DNA of 64,000 nt from an uncultured Methanobrevibacter sp. (GCA_902774685.1 CACYJH010000004.1:3025-67024); one strand, 5' to 3'; counted from the first letter of the stretch, positions 50,274 to 58,767 are shown. The notes: generated from the sequence alone by a model not told the origin. Program-made: numbers and translations.

Positions 50274-50289
50274 TTAAAATATATTATTA

Positions 50290-50480
50290 AATAACAATTC
50301 TCTATTTTCCACTTTAAACATCCTTTAAATTTTAGGAGGATTATGTGTTCTCAAATATGAAAATTGTTGATATTGTCCTGAAAAAAATGGGAAAAATCTT
50401 GTTTTTATCTTTTGAAGGGAAATATTAAGGGAGGGATAATGCTATCTTTGTATCCTTTCCTATCTTTTTAAACTTTTTTT
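50290..50480 (+). ncRNA. candidate antitoxin sRNA (ends approximate)
   Basis: Segments 50376-50392 and 50397-50420 are complementary to the leader and SD of the 50676 peptide; ends in a GGAGGGATA/TATCCTTTCC hairpin and T-runs. Confidence 0.4.
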
Positions 50481-50675
50481 ACTTTAATACTTATTAAGCT
50501 TTTTTTTACCTAAAAATCGTTATTTTCTATTTTTAAAAAACTAAAATTTATTAAATATTTTTTACAAAAGTAATGTTGAAGAAACAATAAACTCCTTCAA
50601 AAGAATGAAAACGAGGAAAATTTTGATATGAATAATATTAAAGTCCCTTTATGTTTTCAGGAGGTGAATTTAAAA

Positions 50676-50744
50676 ATGTGGAAACATATAGTTTTCCTCG
50701 CAACATTAGTGCTGTGTATAAACGCATTTTTAAAACTCCTATAA
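50676..50744 (+). CDS. 22-aa hydrophobic peptide, candidate type I toxin
   Basis: AGGAGGTGA SD then MWKHIVFLATLVLCINAFLKLL; structured 5' leader; downstream hairpin and T8. Confidence 0.6.
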   Translation: MWKHIVFLATLVLCINAFLKLL

Positions 50745-50922
50745 ACTGAAAATCACAGAGGGGTTAAAAATAGTTCTCAGTTTTTTTTACGGACAAATTT
50801 AAAAAAGTGTATTTTGATTTTTTTAATTTTTTAGATTTTAATCAAAATTTATAGCATGATTTTGGTTAGAAGAGTTTCTGTTTTTTCATCAAAATATACT
50901 TAATGTCTAAAATTGATCGATT

Positions 50923-50956
50923 AAAAAAGGCCACCCCCACATAAGTAGTAGTGACC
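50923..50956 (-). terminator. hairpin plus U-tract closing the MuF-1/immunity unit
   Basis: Minus strand GGTCACTACTAC-TTAT-GTGGGGGTGGCC-TTTTTT. Confidence 0.65.
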
Positions 50957-50977
50957 ATGGAATAAAAATAAGTAGTT

Positions 50978-51364
50978 TTAGTTTTCTGCTAGGTATTGAT
51001 CAATAGGAACAACCTTAACAACTTGAGAATCTTTATCTTCAAAAACAATTGAATCAATTAATCTTTTAAATTTAGGATGTTCTTTAACAAAATTGATATT
51101 TTCATCAGTACGAGCATTAACAATTCCTTCAGTTTCAGCTCTTTCTTTTCTAAGGGCCCTAGCCTTATACATCTTACTTAAAATATCCGGACGATAATTA
51201 ATAAACTCCCCTCTTTCTTTTTTAAAGAATTCATCATGAAAAGCTATTGTTGTCACAATACCATCTGGAATGACACCTTCAAAAATTATTAATTCATTTT
51301 GCAAATCTGAAGGTAAATTTTTCATAAAATTCAAATTAAATTGAGTATATCTAATTAACTCCAT
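50978..51364 (-). CDS. candidate immunity protein for the MuF ADP-ribosyltransferase
   Basis: 128 aa with GGGGTGA SD, directly downstream of the toxin; role inferred from position. Confidence 0.55.
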   Translation of the reverse strand: MELIRYTQFNLNFMKNLPSDLQNELIIFEGVIPDGIVTTIAFHDEFFKKERGEFINYRPDILSKMYKARALRKERAETEGIVNARTDENINFVKEHPKFKRLIDSIVFEDKDSQVVKVVPIDQYLAEN

Positions 51365-51433
51365 ATTATCACCCCATTACTTTAAATATAGTAATTTTAT
51401 GATTATAATTATGTATTTTAATTTATAAAAAGT

Positions 51434-52948
51434 TTATGCTAATTCCCAAACTTTTTTATGTTTACTTAAGTCTTTCACATGGTTTAAATTTATTCCTGGA
51501 GGGAATAAAATTTCATAATCTCCTTTCACATTAGTAATTTCTTCTAAATATAAAATTTTTGTACCTTTAGGGATTAATATATAATTTATTTCTTTCCCAT
51601 AAAGATGTTCATTAGCATATTCATATATTGAAGTAGAAGTGAATGCATCATAATGATATGTGCCATCCTCTTTTGGCTTCATATATCTTTTTTTCTCGCG
51701 GCGACATACTATTATATCTTCATCTAATGTTTTACCATATTTCTCAAATATGGATTCTTTAATTTTTAATGCTTTTTCAAATGGTAAATGATAATGAAGT
51801 TTCCCATCTCTAACAAGCTGTTTTGAAATAGTATCCCATTTCTCTTTAGCTTCTTCTTCTGTGATTTCTTTACGTAAAAACTTATTAATTGGGTCCACAC
51901 CATCATCTGTATAAATTTTAATAAATGCTCTGGATTCCACATCTAATTTGCTAATATCTAACCCATATTTCTCTAAGAATTTTTGTCTTGATAATGAGGT
52001 ATTTCCCTGAAAAGTATATTCAGTTCCTTTGTGTTGAAAAGACCAGTTAATATGTCTTTCAGTTAAATTAACAACATATTTTTCTCCTTCACAATTCCCT
52101 TTACTTTCCCATATACTTAAATACGTACATCTGCAGTTAGGGTGTAAAGGAACCCAGTTCTTCTTTTCAATTAAATCTTTAATGTTATGTATTCTTTCTT
52201 CACCACGATTGGCGAAGATAACATCCTCACCTTCATTGAATTCATAAGCATTCCTTAAGCAAAGATAACAAACATTGTCATCTTCAGCTGTTAGAATTTT
52301 CACTTGAGTATAGCACTCATTGACATATGACTGTAAGATTCCTGTATTTTGTGCACGTGCAACTTCAGTCCTTGCAATCATCACTGCACGTTGTTGAGGA
52401 GTGAAAGTGCTGTTGGGCAATCTTTCCAAACCTAAATCAACAAGTTTATTTGCAAAGCTACGTGGATTCTCACCACTTATTACCGCTTGGAATATCCTGT
52501 TTTTTATGGCTTGTCTTAATTCGCCGTCTAATTTTTGTATTAGATTAAAATTGTAATTGCGAACATGAGTTAAGGCTAGCTTATCTGTTTTGCTGTATCG
52601 TAATGTTTCAGCTATTTTCTGATAGCCTTTTATTTTACCATATTTGTAAACTTCTTCCAACAGATCATCAATGGTTTCATATTTGCTATTGAGAATTCTT
52701 TCCCATTGAGATTCCAGTTCTGCAAAGATTTCCTTTTCCTGTTCAGCTTCTCCAAAGAAAAATTCTTTTGCCTCTTCAGTATCTAACCACTCAACTGCTT
52801 CATTGATTTGCTGATTCAACTGATTCATCAAATAATTATAGTATCTCAGAGTCCACTCATCATTGATACTCTTAACACTCAACTCATCCCAATAATCCAA
52901 ATAATCAGTCAAAAGGAGATTAGTTTTAATACGTTCCTCAGAAACCAT
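51434..52948 (-). CDS. MuF/SPP1 gp7-like minor head protein with a C-terminal VIP2/Alt-like ADP-ribosyltransferase
   Basis: Follows the portal; RAVMIARTE and PLHPNCRCT; C-terminal YT....INKFLR, VCRR, FTSTS, IPKGTK and DYEIL (R-S-E). Confidence 0.9.
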   Translation of the reverse strand: MVSEERIKTNLLLTDYLDYWDELSVKSINDEWTLRYYNYLMNQLNQQINEAVEWLDTEEAKEFFFGEAEQEKEIFAELESQWERILNSKYETIDDLLEEVYKYGKIKGYQKIAETLRYSKTDKLALTHVRNYNFNLIQKLDGELRQAIKNRIFQAVISGENPRSFANKLVDLGLERLPNSTFTPQQRAVMIARTEVARAQNTGILQSYVNECYTQVKILTAEDDNVCYLCLRNAYEFNEGEDVIFANRGEERIHNIKDLIEKKNWVPLHPNCRCTYLSIWESKGNCEGEKYVVNLTERHINWSFQHKGTEYTFQGNTSLSRQKFLEKYGLDISKLDVESRAFIKIYTDDGVDPINKFLRKEITEEEAKEKWDTISKQLVRDGKLHYHLPFEKALKIKESIFEKYGKTLDEDIIVCRREKKRYMKPKEDGTYHYDAFTSTSIYEYANEHLYGKEINYILIPKGTKILYLEEITNVKGDYEILFPPGINLNHVKDLSKHKKVWELA

Positions 52949-54239
52949 ATTCCTTACCATACCTTTCCACCAATAATGCTTTCTCCAACATCTTGACATT
53001 TGACTCACTAGGCTGAATCAATGTAGAATCTTGAATGGCTTCAGGGCTTGCAGCAAGCGCAAACTGAGAATAATTCATAGGCACATTACCCCACTCAACA
53101 GGATCCAAACCATAACCAGAACGAACCTCATTAATGAAAGTGGTACCATTACGCAACTGCTTATCCTCTATATCAGCACGCTTCAGTTTATCCTCATGAT
53201 CCTCACGGATAAACTCAAACAGTTCCTGGAAACCACTGCGACCAAGGTTCTTATTGAATGCATCTTCTATCACACGGCAATCACCATTGATGACTTTGCC
53301 AAAGTTCTTGTCCTGAGACTCACCGGTACCAGTACCGATATTGCCGGTCTCAATGATTCCCACCTTAGCCGGTGGAACACCAAACATTGTAATGATACGG
53401 TCACGGGCATACTGCAACAATGCCAAAAACTCCATATCCCTATTACTGTTGTTGGTGGCCTGATAGTTGGCACCTTGAGTGACAATCATTCCTTTCTTAT
53501 CTTTCTCTTTCTTGAACCTAGCAATATTAGCTGTAACAATCTTTGAAGAAACGTCCTTGTCAAAGTTCAATACTCCTCTTGGGTCCAGGCCATGATTTGA
53601 AAAAATGTCCTTGTTATGTCCAAGGCCTAATACTTCCAATGCTATGTCCATTGAAGCTGTATCTATGAGACTGGTTCCCCATTTGCTTCCACGAATAGTT
53701 ATTTTCGGTTCGTAAATGTGTATGAGGTTTTCCGGCTCAAAGACATGTTCAGTGTTACGAAGGCACCATGCTCCACGTTCATAGTCATAGCCCATCAACT
53801 CGGTTGGTATGAAACGGAACCCATTAGGCACATTTCCGAATAGTTCATCATGATTGACTTCTATGAATGCATCACCTGTAACCTTCCAGCTTGGCACTAT
53901 CTGTTTGATGAATGATGAGAATGTGTCATCAGCATATTTTCCTCCAGGTGCATTGAAAAGGTCTGTCAGGTAATTCACTTTTTCAAAGTTGACCTGTTCC
54001 TTATTAGGATTATTGATTTGGTAACCTGTGCTTAGTATTTCATCACATATTACCCCACAACAGCGCCTTACCCATACGCAACTGTCATATGCATCATAGT
54101 AGGTCCGTAGGTCTCCTATGTGTTTGTCTGGAGTGGTGAAACTCCACCCATATTCATTCATGAATACGTCTACCAAGCTGCTTCTTTCAGGTCTTCGTAT
54201 TCCTGGCAAATGATTTTTTACTGTATCAATTAATCCCAT
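52938..54239 (-). CDS. portal protein
   Basis: TGDAFIEV, LIHI, WGTS, DMEFLAL....RDRI..MFGVPP and T.INEVR..GLDP motifs. Confidence 0.92.
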   Translation of the reverse strand: MGLIDTVKNHLPGIRRPERSSLVDVFMNEYGWSFTTPDKHIGDLRTYYDAYDSCVWVRRCCGVICDEILSTGYQINNPNKEQVNFEKVNYLTDLFNAPGGKYADDTFSSFIKQIVPSWKVTGDAFIEVNHDELFGNVPNGFRFIPTELMGYDYERGAWCLRNTEHVFEPENLIHIYEPKITIRGSKWGTSLIDTASMDIALEVLGLGHNKDIFSNHGLDPRGVLNFDKDVSSKIVTANIARFKKEKDKKGMIVTQGANYQATNNSNRDMEFLALLQYARDRIITMFGVPPAKVGIIETGNIGTGTGESQDKNFGKVINGDCRVIEDAFNKNLGRSGFQELFEFIREDHEDKLKRADIEDKQLRNGTTFINEVRSGYGLDPVEWGNVPMNYSQFALAASPEAIQDSTLIQPSESNVKMLEKALLVERYGKEYGF

Positions 54240-54244
54240 AAGTA

Positions 54245-55555
54245 TCACATGTCTATTATTTCTAAAATTATGCTGCCATTGTCTCTAGGGCCAAGTATTC
54301 CTCCACGCCACATGTCTGGGCAGTGATCATCTATCTTTAATGGTTTGTCTTCCCCACGCTGTTGGGCTTTCTTATCCCAACTGTAGGTTTGTGCTTGGCT
54401 TATGCTATGCTTGCAGCTTGTATGTATCTTGAATCGCCTATTCTTTATCAGGTCCTGTATTGTTGTAATGTCTTCGTAAGTGTTAGGTGCATAGGTTTCC
54501 ACATTCATTAGTATTCGTGGGTCCTGTTCGCAAGCGCTCTTTAGGCTTGCTGCATCATGTGGTAAAAAAAGAGTATTGTTATTGGTTAGTTCATATTTAT
54601 CTTGCAGGTAGAGTATGTCTTCCACCCTTTGGCTGTCAGACTGGGTTACTCCCTGCTCTTCAGCATCATAATAAGTTTCCTCTAAGAGGTAGTAACTGTT
54701 TCCTATTGTTTCGTTTTTCTGTATTCCCATAACACCAAATGTGGTTACAGTACTAACACCGTAGTCGCAGCAAATGTTTATTTCATGAAGTTCAGGCCTA
54801 TTTGTGAAAGTATTTTCGGATTCTACGAATTGGTCGTAGATTGCTCCTTCTGCTATTACCCATTGGCCAAGGATGTTTCTTTTGTAGAACACGTCACTTT
54901 TCATATTGACTCTTTTGAGTTCCTCAACGTATTCTGGAGGGAGGTTAGGATTGTCATCAAGGAGGAATTTAAAGACTTTGACTGTTCCAGATTCTATCAA
55001 ATTTTTATTGCTGATGTAATTTGTATAAATATAATGGTAGGGACTGTCTGGGTTGGTGTTCCAGAACATTTTTGCTCCATAGTCACTGCAACGGCTTATT
55101 GCCATTTCCACTGCGGATTGTGGGCATCTTGCTATCTCATCAGCATACCATCCGCCAACAGACATACCTGCAATGACATCTACAGCTTTCTCATCATTAA
55201 AGCCCATGCAGTAGCAGAGCTTGTCTCTGATTTCCAATTCCCCATCATGCTTACGGTAATCATAGGGAATATTGTCAGTATTCATCATTTGGATTAATGG
55301 TTTTATCACATTTCTTCTTAATGATTGGCTGGTCTTTCCACTTATTAGAAATTCATTGCTTTTGGATGTTGTGACAAAATCAATCCATCGTGCATTGCAT
55401 GCCGTTGTTTTTCCTGACCTGACTGAACCTTGAGCGATATTTATCCAGGCATCAGATTCAAATATAAATTTTAGACTGGGTTTGCCCCATTCTCCAAAAT
55501 GGAATACGTTTTTACTTTTCCTTTTCCTGGAAGTATTTTTGCCTACTTTTCTCAA
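54245..55555 (-). CDS. terL: terminase large subunit
   Basis: Walker A QGSVRSGKT, Walker B WYADE, TNPDSP.H, nuclease DYG and DDHCPD. Confidence 0.95.
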   Translation of the reverse strand: MRKVGKNTSRKRKSKNVFHFGEWGKPSLKFIFESDAWINIAQGSVRSGKTTACNARWIDFVTTSKSNEFLISGKTSQSLRRNVIKPLIQMMNTDNIPYDYRKHDGELEIRDKLCYCMGFNDEKAVDVIAGMSVGGWYADEIARCPQSAVEMAISRCSDYGAKMFWNTNPDSPYHYIYTNYISNKNLIESGTVKVFKFLLDDNPNLPPEYVEELKRVNMKSDVFYKRNILGQWVIAEGAIYDQFVESENTFTNRPELHEINICCDYGVSTVTTFGVMGIQKNETIGNSYYLLEETYYDAEEQGVTQSDSQRVEDILYLQDKYELTNNNTLFLPHDAASLKSACEQDPRILMNVETYAPNTYEDITTIQDLIKNRRFKIHTSCKHSISQAQTYSWDKKAQQRGEDKPLKIDDHCPDMWRGGILGPRDNGSIILEIIDM

Positions 55556-56108
55556 TTGACTCAGCCAACCCTAATATTCCATCTGTAAGGTTATCTTCAA
55601 AACTATCATCATCCAATTCTGCATCTAAGACTTGAATTGCGTCTAATTCTAATTTTTTGATCTTGATTATTATCTCAGTTTCTTTATAATAATCCCTCTT
55701 GTCTGAGGGTATTTTTTTAAAGTTACTTAAATCAATTTCATGCTTTGCAGTTTGAGAGATAATTTTTTGGATCTTGTTTACATTATCATATCTTATATTT
55801 ACTGCTGCTTCAAAACTTTCGTTAGATTCAACTTGTTTCCCACTTTGTTCTTCAACAGCTTTTTCAATAGAGGGTTTAAGTTTCTTCTTAGTTTTCTTCT
55901 TCTTTTCTTCTTCAAAAACTTTCTTTTTTACAGCAGCTTTAACATTCAGATTATCTTTTTTGTATTTGTTCAAAGTGGCATGTGTTATCTTTTCATCATA
56001 TTCATCTAACAAGTAATCAGAAACATATCTTCCACTATACCCTGCTAATAATAAATCGACTATTTCATTAAAATGAGGGCTTGTTTCAATCTTTGATTTT
56101 CTTGCCAT
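55512..56108 (-). CDS. terminase small subunit (putative)
   Basis: N-terminal HTH-like segment; overlaps the terL start. Confidence 0.7.
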   Translation of the reverse strand: MARKSKIETSPHFNEIVDLLLAGYSGRYVSDYLLDEYDEKITHATLNKYKKDNLNVKAAVKKKVFEEEKKKKTKKKLKPSIEKAVEEQSGKQVESNESFEAAVNIRYDNVNKIQKIISQTAKHEIDLSNFKKIPSDKRDYYKETEIIIKIKKLELDAIQVLDAELDDDSFEDNLTDGILGLAESIEKSRQKYFQEKEK

Positions 56109-56133
56109 ATTACACACATCAACTTCATATTTT

Positions 56134-56184
56134 TTTGGAAAGTTTCCACTTTTTGGAAAGTTTTGGAAAGTTATTTGGAAAGTT
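56134..56184. repeat. four TTTGGAAAGTT direct repeats upstream of terS
   Basis: Copies at 56134, 56152, 56162 and 56174. Confidence 0.8.
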
Positions 56185-56517
56185 TTACATTATTATGTTC
56201 ACGATTACTCCTGCCACACTCACAACTATAGTAACAACTGTAAATATCATAGGCAGAATATATTTCAATGTCTTTATCCCTGCCCTTAACTCGGAAATTT
56301 CATTTTCCAATTCTACCAGTTTGCGTGAATCATGTTCACGCATCTTCAATGTATTCGATAGCTCCGTTACAGCTACCACCAGGTCATTAATATCTTTCTT
56401 TATTTCCTTATTGTCTTGGATTAGACTTTCAAATTTTTCATCCTGGTATCCTAGTTTTTGCTCTAGAGTAACTATTCTTGTTTCGTTTTCACATATTTCT
56501 TTGGCATGATTTGTCAA
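56185..56517 (-). CDS. coiled-coil protein with a C-terminal TM helix (XhlA/holin-like)
   Basis: ETRIVTLEQ coiled coil; hydrophobic C-terminus; TTG start. Confidence 0.6.
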   Translation of the reverse strand: MTNHAKEICENETRIVTLEQKLGYQDEKFESLIQDNKEIKKDINDLVVAVTELSNTLKMREHDSRKLVELENEISELRAGIKTLKYILPMIFTVVTIVVSVAGVIVNIIM

Positions 56518-56928
56518 GGCATTGGCACACTCCTGTAATAAAAAAAAATAATAGTTTAGTTTTTAATGTGAAAAAATATAAGGATGAAAAAAATCAGTTT
56601 GGTTTTTATTTGTAATAAGTGAAATGAGGATTAATCCCAGAAAAAAGAATGCTTTAAAAAAAAATAGTTTATTATTATTTTTTTCGGAAAGGGGGTGACA
56701 TCACAATTAACTTTTTTTCCAGGCTTAATCTCTCATTTGTTTTTGCACATAGTGATATTATGTGGCAGTGAAAAAAATGGTAAATTTTTTCATCGGATAG
56801 GATGGAATAACTGTCACAAGAAAAGAATTATAAATGAAAATTTAGAACACGACAAGAATTAACACCAAAAATTACACCAAATAACTTTAAAAACAAGATA
56901 AAATAGTTTTTTTCTTTCCCCATGACAG

Positions 56929-57186
56929 TTATTCCATATTATCCACTTTTTTACCTTCTTTTTTCACCTTCACTCTTTTGTTTATGTACATTAGTCTTTT
57001 GTTGCCTATTATGTATCCATGGGGGTAGTGATCTATGCTAGGCACTCCCTGTATTACTAGGCCACATTTTCGGCAATAGGTTTCGTCTTCTTCAAAGCAG
57101 AGGTTGGTGCTTCCACACAATGTGCAAGATATTCTTATTTTTTTATTTTTAGGAGGATCATCTTGTTCTTCTTGTGTGGACCTCAT
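56929..57186 (-). CDS. TFIIB/TFB-type zinc-ribbon protein
   Basis: CTLCGSTNL..EEDETYCRKCGLVI. Confidence 0.75.
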   Translation of the reverse strand: MRSTQEEQDDPPKNKKIRISCTLCGSTNLCFEEDETYCRKCGLVIQGVPSIDHYPHGYIIGNKRLMYINKRVKVKKEGKKVDNME

Positions 57187-57373
57187 AGGATTAGCACCAT
57201 TTTATCAATGAAAGCTTTTGCATATTTCTTTTTGTAGAGAATTTTTTACATAGTTTTTAATAGCTTTTGTCTTTTTGTTTGAAGATTTGCGATAACATAT
57301 ATGTAATATCTTGTAGTACGAGATTACGTTATAATCTAGAGGGGCTATATGAAAGAAAATGGTAAAAATTTTT

Positions 57374-57700
57374 CTAATATATAGTTTCCTCTAACTTATG
57401 CTCTAACGATTTAGAAATGAAATTATAATCTAGACCTACCCTCTTTTTTTCAGATTGGATGCTGCGGTATTCATCATTGAAATTATTCTTTCTGTGGGAT
57501 GTTTGGCTAGTGCCTTTGCTTCCAAGGTCTGTGATGTTGCGACTGTTTACATTACCTACCTTGTGCCTGTAATAGTATCTTGATTGCCTTCTGGCAGCTA
57601 ATTCTCTGTTGCGATTTTGCTGACATTCTCTGCTGCAGCATACTTGTCTGTTGCTTGTTTTTTCATATTCTTTTCCACACCAAGCGCAAATACTCTTCAT
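57374..57700 (-). CDS. zinc-finger protein
   Basis: C.WCGKEY......QVCCS.EC. Confidence 0.7.
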   Translation of the reverse strand: MKSICAWCGKEYEKTSNRQVCCSRECQQNRNRELAARRQSRYYYRHKVGNVNSRNITDLGSKGTSQTSHRKNNFNDEYRSIQSEKKRVGLDYNFISKSLEHKLEETIY

Positions 57701-58042
57701 TCTCTAACTCCATAAAAATTACTTAATGCAATGGATTTTCACCATTATTTTTGTTACATTGTTTAACTTTTATAATGAATTGTTATACATATTAAATCAT
57801 GATTTTAGAAAATCCCTATGTTTTATTTTTTCGTGTTCAATATTTACTTCCTAAAGTTGAACAATTATCATAATTCAGTTTCCTCTTGTTCCAGCATGAC
57901 AACCTCTCCAAGGAAAGGAATGCTTTTTACCTGGACATTATCAATGTCCTGGATGTTTCCATAACTGTCCAGGTAAAACACTCTTATGTTTCCTTTGTGC
58001 TTTTCCTCAACCTTCAATAAAAGGTTAATGATGTTTTTCAGC

Positions 58043-58210
58043 TTAATGTTTTTTAGCCTCCCAGAATTGGCAAGTGGTCAATCCTCCTTGCGCTTTGCGA
58101 TGTTCTATAGTGCGGCCCAGTTCACAATCAGTGATTCTTTCATCCCATGTTAGGAAATGTTTGCATTGGCTGCATACTTTTTTGGTTATTATTGTTTCTT
58201 TCATTACCAT
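58043..58210 (-). CDS. 55-aa Cys-rich early protein (absent from the ORF track)
   Basis: GGAG SD; MVMKETIITKKVCSQCKHF...C...CQFWEAKKH. Confidence 0.55.
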   Translation of the reverse strand: MVMKETIITKKVCSQCKHFLTWDERITDCELGRTIEHRKAQGGLTTCQFWEAKKH

Positions 58211-58237
58211 TAACTTATCTCCCTTAAATTTTTTTCA

Positions 58238-58495
58238 TCATATTAGTGTTGTTTGTGCATTGGCATCTTCTTCCTTGATTATCTGTTTTGCTATCCTTTC
58301 CATAGTGGGTATTGCAAACTTGAAAAGCCTGCAGTCCTCCTGCAATACAAGATCATAATTATTGGTGTAATGTTCTGATTCATGATTATTGCAGTTCCAA
58401 CCCTTTTCCTCTAAAGCATCATAGGATGAGAACATGCATGAAGTGCAGATTTTCTTGTCTTTCGTCTTTTTGATAAGTGACAGGTCACGATTCAT
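58238..58495 (-). CDS. Cys-rich hypothetical protein
   Basis: CTSC...C...C; coupled ORF. Confidence 0.6.
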   Translation of the reverse strand: MNRDLSLIKKTKDKKICTSCMFSSYDALEEKGWNCNNHESEHYTNNYDLVLQEDCRLFKFAIPTMERIAKQIIKEEDANAQTTLI

Positions 58496-58767
58496 AACAA
58501 CAGCTCCAGGTTTTCCAGTTCTATCTTATATGTTTCCTTCAGGTTTCCCAATTGCACTAGTTTTTGGAAAGTTGATTCTCGTAGGCAGCTAAATGTGGGT
58601 TTGCATTCATTTTGAAGTTGCTCATCTATAGCAAGTATGCTCATTTTCAAGGAATAAATCCTATTGTGTAATTTATTCATTTCAACATCTTCAGATTCTG
58701 CTACTTCGATGTTTTCCTTTAAGTTGGTGACCTCTTTCTTCAATAATTTAAAGTTGCTCATCATCAT
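58492..58767 (-). CDS. coiled-coil hypothetical protein
   Basis: ORF track; start approximate. Confidence 0.55.
   Translation of the reverse strand: MMMSNFKLLKKEVTNLKENIEVAESEDVEMNKLHNRIYSLKMSILAIDEQLQNECKPTFSCLRESTFQKLVQLGNLKETYKIELENLELLL

Noticed and set aside
50343-50471. Mini-ORFs MCSQI, MKIVDIVLKKMGKILFLSFEGKY and MLSLYPFLSF as proteins
   Set aside because: They have SD-like or coupled starts, but the sequence is better explained by RNA complementarity and a terminator; a dual function is not excluded
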